DNA of 64,000 nucleotides from assembly GCA_951406725.2 (NCBI GenBank), contig OX597825.1, positions 53,940,001 to 54,004,000 of the forward strand. Direction: 5' to 3'. Positions within the stretch are counted from its first letter, which is position 1. Every line of letters starts with the position of its first letter. This DNA is from Octopus vulgaris (lineage: Eukaryota). Under the pieces are notes generated by a model that saw only the letters and a program-made list of their open reading frames with translations, was not told the DNA's origin and made no database searches. Of the stretch, positions 55,929-64,000 are shown one piece after another. Made by a program: the position numbers and the translations under genes.

Positions 55929-56009
55929 CGAAGACTTACTGAAGTGTTTGTTGATAAATATAAAGTCAAGATTCAGCGAATAATAGTATCCATCGAGAGA
56001 CACATACAT
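55929..56009 (-). CDS. Candidate short first coding exon (MYVSLDGYYYSLNLDFIFINKHFSKSS), phase-0 donor; product unknown
   Basis: In-frame TAG 7 codons upstream, GCGATG start, 81 nt open frame in unique sequence, strong donor TCG|GTGAGT (GT at 55928-55927). No homology recognised. Confidence 0.3.
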
Positions 56010-56812
56010 CGCTCCGAGAGAAAACAACTAGTTCTTTACTTCATTAACATGGACGACCAATCGATCGTTTAAATGGAAACCTTCTCCATCGTATGTACCT
56101 TTGACTTCAGAAAGGTGTCGCCAGTAATTAATGCAGACAGTCTACAAACCAATATATTTCAATATATAGTGTTGCAATGCATACTGGCAGATGTATTAGC
56201 ATTTCTACTATCAAAACCTATCACCATAATCAGTATGATCATCGTCGTCGTCATCATTATCATCATCATCTTTATTATCATAAGGCGATTCTATCTCTTG
56301 CTATGGAAAAATCAGGGCCTCTGTTGTCTTGGTAGCTTCCTTGCTCACCATCTTGCGTTTCTGTGATGGAATATAGTTGGCGGAGGCGTGTTTTTATAAA
56401 ACTTCTAGAAAGTTTTTACTTTGAAGAAGAAGTACCGCATCGAGATTCTTCATTATGAGATTTTTATTTGAATAGAATGCTTCAGAATTATATGATTCTT
56501 CAATAGTTACGTATGAGGAAAGTATTTTTGTTTATGCCAGTTCAACTCAATATATTTAAATTCGAAACTAAATCATTACTGTTAAAACTAATATCCGTGT
56601 TTACTGTTAAAATATTACATGCAATTAAAGTAATATTTCTCTCTTTGTTTTTGATGTGAAATGTATTATTTTCTAAACTTTGTTTTCAAGATGTCGCCGT
56701 AGCGAGTGTCAAATATTCAACGATATTTTAGTGTGTTGGTAACGTGAAAGTAAATTTGAAACTCCCTTGTCTTTCACGTTACCTATTAGACTCATACACA
56801 TAACCCTCCCCA

Positions 56813-56881
<69 letters not shown>

Positions 56882-56898
56882 TTATATTAGATATATAC

Positions 56899-56936
<38 letters not shown>

Positions 56937-59509
56937 TTGAATATTGGTTGATAATAACACACGCACACACACACACACACATATATATGTACATATATAC
57001 GTATAAACTTATATACAAATGTATGCGTGCGTGTTTATGTACACACATATTGACTTCCTAAATCATTTATTTAGTGGTCACCATGCTGTATTAGATTTAT
57101 CTACTGAACGTTTCTGAAGTATATGTATGTACATTTTCTATTACCATATTCATATTTATTTATTTAAATATCTCTCCCAAACTAACCCTATCTTTAATCT
57201 GTATAGTGTCACATCAAACTGTCGAAGCCGAAATTTTTCATAAATACTGAGAGAATCTCGATAATGATATGGTACGTTGCAATTGATATCATCTGCTCTA
57301 TGTCATTTGTGACGGCTTACGATAAAATAGGTAACGATAACACTGTATATTTAGTTAGCTGTGATATTTTTTAACGGTGGAATATAATATTTGTGTAACG
57401 TTATTGAAATTTATCAGAAATAAACTGAATTTAGTCTCATTCCTATCTCTCTGAAATGGTCGAATGGTACAAATAGCAGGAGTTTAGATTATCCCTTCTG
57501 CTTCGATACTATTGAAATTGAACAACATATGGAGTCAAATACGAAGTGTAACTTGGTAATGGTATTGATGATAGACATTGTATCTCATCCACCTAAAAAC
57601 ATTTGTCCTTGTTCCGTTGAAAGGAATCATAATTTAATATAACCGATGATTACTTTGGTGTAATTGGTATTACATCTCGCATGGTTACAGATGTTTGTTT
57701 CGAGTCTCCCGCATAGCTATCACTCTTTTCTAACCAAAGGACATTTATCAGATATATTATATACGTTTATTTATAGCAGTGTTCGCTTCGAAATACAGTT
57801 TAATAATATATTTATACATTCTAAGCTGATTCTACATTTATATTCTAAATGTAAATATAACGTTTATTTGTGCAATGGGTATTGTTGGGTCAACATTTAG
57901 CCTAATATTTACACTTCTCAATGTATGTGTATAAGAAAGCAATAAGAAAACTCTGTAAAAGCTTTCATTTCGTTGTTAAGCAAAGAAACGTAATTTTTAG
58001 CTAAGTTATCAACTGAAAAAAAAATGATAAAAAACAAAAATATTTTATTGCATACTTGTATATATTTGTATGAAACCTGTTGTGAAACGATATTGAAGCA
58101 ATGTTATGTAAAATTTAGGTCATTGAGGTCAACGTTGTGTAATACACATGGGGCATGAGTGAAAGACTGAACATGCTTGACCGTGTAGCTACATAGAAGC
58201 TAAATCACCGACGAAAACATTCCCCACCTCTATAGGAAACAATGATTTTCTAGATATGATGAGAATATAGGTATAATATAGATTTAACTAAATTTCACCC
58301 CTGATATGGTATTCGCCCGATGTGCACTCGATCAAAACACATTTTAATAAATCCTTGTCGTAGTCGTTGCCATTACGTCAGCTGCAATAGCATCATATAC
58401 ACTATGATTAAATGTTTGAACGTCTCATATGAATTGCCTCTAATATGTTTGTTAATAATCTTGCAAAGCTGAATTTACAGACGAAGCAATTCGCTATATT
58501 TAAACTTAAAAATAAATATTGAGAATATTTTTATCTTCAGATTTTTCAGTTGTTTTTTTTTTTTTGCCACTTTTTCATTCCTTCAGTTATTCGTTTCTTT
58601 AAAAAGGTTTCTGATTAAATTTTTCATCCTGCAACGAAACAAATGGCAGTGATGCACAACAGAATGGAATCAACCAGAATCCTCCAATGCACTAGAAATA
58701 GCAACAGTTATTCAAATTTGAATTATTTGAACGGTATAAGATATACAAAACTACTTTAAACATTATAGCCCTTTTCATATTACAGGATATTTCCGGGTGG
58801 AATGCATCTGATCATCGATCTGCTCTTCTGGTTATAGACAAAAAGATTTGGAGACGATTTTAAGCTTATAAGACAGTGATATAGTCTCCATTAACGTTTC
58901 ATATTTATGCCACTAGTGGAGATATAAACTGTGATAAAGGTCTAAAAATACCAAATTATATGTTTCTACGCCCATCAAATGTTGATAAATTGCAAGGTCG
59001 CGATATATTGACCAAATATCATTCGGCTCAGATATTACTTGGCTATCAATTTTTGATTAGAAATTTAAATGCATGCATACATACATACATACATACATAC
59101 ATACATACATACATAAATAAATACATATATTGGCACTGGATATTATTCCTTAGCTTGTCGCTGGATCATACCGATATGGTGGAGGGTGTTTATTTTGCAA
59201 GCCTTATTGGACCTCAAATTTTAGGTTGTGCAATCACTGTAGAGGTGAATTTCTGATGCCTTGTAGCGTCTGAGGATACTGTGGTGACCATGAAAGCAGC
59301 GGGTACGAACCCGGATGAGACATAGGTAATGGTCAGTGATGGTTTTCCTTGGTTAACTTTTCCGATTAGGTAAGATTAACAAAACAAAACTTCTGGTGAG
59401 AAATAAATATTGTTTAATGTACACAATATATAGTTCTGAGCTACTAATAGCTTCATACATTGAAGATATTATGTTGGCTAATTTTTCTTGTATAACTTAT
59501 ATTCATATA

Positions 59510-59607
<98 letters not shown>

Positions 59608-60961
59608 ACCATATAAGCAAATATACATATATATGTGTGTGTATATATATTATAGAAGTATACATATATATATGTGTATGTATGTATTTGTGTACATGTG
59701 TGTTTGTGCTTGTGCGTGTCTGTATGTGTCAGATTGTATGTGGGAGAGTCTAAGAGAGGGAAATGGTCCGCAAATGTTATATTTAAATTAAAACTTTTTC
59801 CTCTAATATATTAAATGGTTTCTTTCATTGCATATGATGTAACTTATCTCTTCCCAACTTCTTTTCTCTCTCTCTATCTATCTCTTTCAATCAATCTCTC
59901 CCTCTGTATCTATCCTCACCCTTCCCTTCTCTTTCCCTCTCACTCCTACTCTCTCTCTCCCATTCTCTCTCTCTCTCTGTCTCTCTTCTAAATTAATATT
60001 CGTTATCGTAAGGAGGTTTACCAACAACATCTGCCAAATATTTATCTGGGTATCGTCCAGCTTGATTCCCGGTTCAGATATTAACTACTAAGTCTTGTTA
60101 ATAGCCAGTCATTGTAAGAAATCCAAAATATTAAGATTCCACTGCATACATCATTTAACAATTTGATGGTTCAGCTTTCATACACCATTAAACACATCAT
60201 TAACCTCGTGTCATGTATCATTAAGAGCATCTATGTAATTTTACTACCATTTTACATACCTTTTTACCAACCCCATTATCAACTCGCGTCCGTACTTAGC
60301 TTCTAACTGTGACCTACACAAACACCCTCATACCCCACCACTACCATTATCATTATTATTATCATCATCCTCGACGTCGTCTTCTTTGACCTCGTCGTCA
60401 TCATCACAACATGCTTACACCATTGTATCGGGGAAATAAATATATCGTAGGTATTTCTCTAAACAATGGAAAGAAATATAAAAGTTTTTCGGCGTGAGAA
60501 AATAGAATTACTAGAGAAAATATATAATGTATTCAACAACATCAATATCGTAGTGGTCATCGTCGTCGTCGTCATCATCAACATCATCACCATCAACATC
60601 CTCTTCATCAACATCATCATCATCATCATAATCATCAAAGTAATTATTGGAATTTTAAGTCTTGTATTAGCTATTTACAAAGCCATAATTGTTTCCTTTC
60701 AAAACTATCAAAAACTGTTTTATGTAGCATAGAAAATAATATTGGCAACATATTTTTAGAGTAGCAGAATGTATTTTGGTATGCCACCTCGATCGCTTGT
60801 GTCATGAGTTCAAATATTAACATGCCCAAGCTTGACTTTCAATCTTTTGCAATAATTAGACAGACTATCAAATCCAGTACTGACGCCAGTTCACCCCCAC
60901 ATTCCCCTCTTACATTCTCTTTTGTGTATACTAAACAAAGACACCCATAAACATATACATG

Positions 60962-61084
60962 TCTGCTGAAGAGAGTAGGCTCAAAATAGAAAAAATTTCC
61001 TTACCTTCCCGAGCATCAAACTAAAACACCTGCTTTTTCTTTATACACCTGTCTACGTCTTTTGTTTTTCTGTAAATTTCAACT
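60962..61084 (+). mobile_element. Family P1 element, copy 4 (partial)
   Basis: CTGCTGAAGAGAGTAGGCTCAAAA...ACACCTGTCTACGTCTTTTGTTTTTCTGTAAA matches 2720-2835. Confidence 0.55.
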
Positions 61085-61146
61085 ATATGTGTTTGTGTGT
61101 GTGCCTGTGCTTGTGTGTGTGTGCATGCCAACACAAAAATAACATA

Positions 61147-61296
61147 GGCGCAGGCGTAGCTGTGTCGTAAGAATTTTGCTCCCCAAACCACACAGTTCCA
61201 AGTTTAGTGGCGCCTTGGGCAAATGTATTCTACTACAGCCTCGGGCTGACCAAAGCCTCATGAGGGGATTTAATAGAAGGTAACTGAAAGGAATTC

Positions 61297-61361
<65 letters not shown>

Positions 61362-61638
61362 ATATATATATATATATATATACATATGGTGTGTATATAT
61401 CTATCTGTTTGTGTGTTTGTGTCAGTATTTGTTAACCTATCACCGCTTGGCAACCGATGTTGGTGTGTTTACTTCCCCGTAACTTGGAGATTCAGCAAAT
61501 GTGATAAGCAGAGTAAGTACTAGGCATGCAAAATATGTCCTGGGGTAGATTTGCTCGACCGAAACCCCTCAAGGGGGTGCTCCATCATGGCTGCATTCAA
61601 ATGTCAGAGACAATTAAAATAATAAATTAATAAAAGAA
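61147..61638 (+). mobile_element. Full-length-like SINE family C
   Basis: GGCGCAGGCGTAGCTGTG head, CCTTGGGCAAATGT..GCCTCGGGCTGACCAAAGCC body, TA/TG tract, tail ..CTCAAGGGGGTGCTCCATCATGGCTGC. Confidence 0.78.
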
Positions 61639-63043
61639 TATATATATATATGTATGTGTGTGTGTGTGTGTTTGTGTATATATATATATATATGTATTTA
61701 TACATATATATACACACACAGACACACACACGCTTGCGCGCACGCATATATGTGCATGTTGTGCAAAGGGTAACAATATGTCAAACGGTGTATACTGTAT
61801 ACAGTTATATTAGTGCTTAGACCAGATTGAATATACGACATCCAATAACAGATGAAAGGAAAACAATTCAAGGTAAATATGATTTGGCATAAGACAGATA
61901 GTCTGGTAGTTCTTAGCGGCATGAAAGCAATGATAAGTTATTCATAAATACATGCATATACATACATATATATGCATGTGCAATATATATGTGTGTCTGA
62001 GTGTGTCTGTTTGTATGTATATATAATTTTGTAGAAAGCTAGGAGTCAGACCATAGTACTTCTTTGTAGGTAGATAGATATTCTAGGATATGACTATTTT
62101 TAAACGCTTTGATGCCCTTTACAACCAACTGGCATCTATACACACACAAAACACACACACATACACACACACACTTACGCACATACACTTATACACAACT
62201 TTTTTTTCGTTGAAATTTGCATCGTTGCCAAGTCAATTGCGTCTCATTGATTAATGCTGACAATTGCACGAATTAATCGCCGATGAATTACTCGCAACTT
62301 TTGCGAGCAGCAACGAAATTGCCCGAAGTACAAAAGTACAAAATACACATCTTCGAGACCAACGGAGACCCACACCCAATAATAGGAGCTATTGAATGTT
62401 AGCTTTTTTTTTACTGGTGTTTATTCCGTTCTGTATCTTATACATATTAGCGTTTCATACTAGTTAGCATGTAGTACATAGCAGCCAGTTGTATGCTTCA
62501 AAGCCCGGCTTCAGAAATCCTCAATAAACACCTATTTAACTAGTAATCTATTAAATAAAGTAATGCAATAGTTCTTCCCTGTAACACCAACTTTTCATAG
62601 AAATACCTGAAAGATTAGAACATCTTAAAAACCCTTCTTGTAATAAACGATCGTGAATTCAATCAGAATACAAGTTGTATGTACAATTATGAAGGGTTTG
62701 ATAACATATCAATAAATAATGAGATTAACAATGGAGGATGTATGTTTTCCATCAGATATAAATAATAACTGATGCAAAAAATTATGTTGACATATAACGA
62801 TTTGATTTGTTAATATTGGAAGTGTATAGCATCTGGGTGTTTGCTAAGCATGACACAGCATTGATTGGTAGATATCCTATATGATGCCTTGCAGAAAATG
62901 GAAATTAATAAAATTATATCGATGCGTAACATACACTGATACAAACGCAAACATAAATGTATATACACAAGACACAGTGTTAAGCATAACATAATTACAT
63001 ATAAGTATATCTATATCTGTCTCTATCCCATTCACTCATAAAC

Positions 63044-63081
<38 letters not shown>

Positions 63082-63137
63082 ATATGTATGTGTTTGTGTG
63101 TGTCTGTGTAGATAAATAGACAGATAGACAGACAAAC

Positions 63138-63212
<75 letters not shown>

Positions 63213-63375
63213 GAGATAGAGAGAGAGAGAGAGATGGATAGATAAATAGATACATAGATATGATGTAGCAAACGGTCGTTCCCGTTGTATAAAGTGTAAA
63301 CTTGCAGAAGCACATGCAACATTTACAGGTATTCTATAGTGTTAGTTTAGAAGAGGTCTTGAGTAGCAAAATTGG

Positions 63376-63415
<40 letters not shown>

Positions 63416-64000
63416 TACAGCGAGAGAAAGAGAGAGAGCGAGAAAGAAAAAGACATATATATTTACTTACATGTATATGTGGGTGTATGTGTGTATAATA
63501 TTTATTGCCTAGGCTTAAATTTCTTTTGTTTAATTACAAGTATTTCCTTGAGAAATCGTGAAAATTTGTCGGTTTTAAATAGAAGATAAACTAAAGATCA
63601 TTAGACGAAGCCTCGATTGGATTCCTACGATGCGATAATTAAGGAGTGAACACGCTAAATCAACACCTAAAGTATAATTCTTTTATTTCTAATTTTAAAC
63701 TAGATTCTGCATACAAAGGACAGGAAGTCTTCAGAACTAAATATTATTCTCTTAAATTTGAAAATCGTGATCGAAGTAAAGATATTATTTATTTTTTACC
63801 TCACACATTTTCAAGACAATAATTTCTTTTGTAAAATGCATTAAAAGACTTAAATTTTGTTATCTTGTTCACAATAGCATTTAGAAAGGGAGCGGGTATT
63901 AGTACTTTAATATCAATGTTCCTTGGAATTGGTATGTGATGCAGTATTTGATAGTGTGCGTTTGAGACTCTGTGTGTGTTTTCACTTCTACACACACACA

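Overview
AT-rich eukaryotic genomic DNA, very dense in microsatellites ((TA)n, (CA)n, (CATA)n, (GATA)n, (AAT)n, (GAA)n) and decayed transposons. The SINE families and microsatellite load resemble a coleoid cephalopod (Octopus-like) genome; this is inferred from repeat content, not from a database search. No intact multi-exon host gene or RNA gene is recognisable, and nearly all supplied ORFs are microsatellite artefacts. Recognisable content: a Helitron PIF1-helicase relic with duplicated 3' segments; a probable solo LTR; two RTE LINEs, one flanked by a ~78 bp apparent target-site duplication; the 5' half of a Tx1/L1-like LINE; Tc1, mariner, maT-like and Tigger relics; two Penelope-like GIY-YIG relics, one with inverted pseudo-LTRs; a four-copy ~200 bp element carrying a variant hammerhead-ribozyme-like motif; and several tRNA-derived SINE families. 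Leads most worth testing: (1) several local fold-back inversions able to form long dsRNA (22.4, 33.0, 38.0 and 53-54 kb); (2) the hammerhead-like element family; (3) two short ATG-initiated, phase-0 minus-strand exon candidates 56 kb apart, which could be alternative first exons of a large gene continuing left of the window. None of these can be shown to be a new system from sequence alone. Element boundaries are approximate unless termini are quoted.
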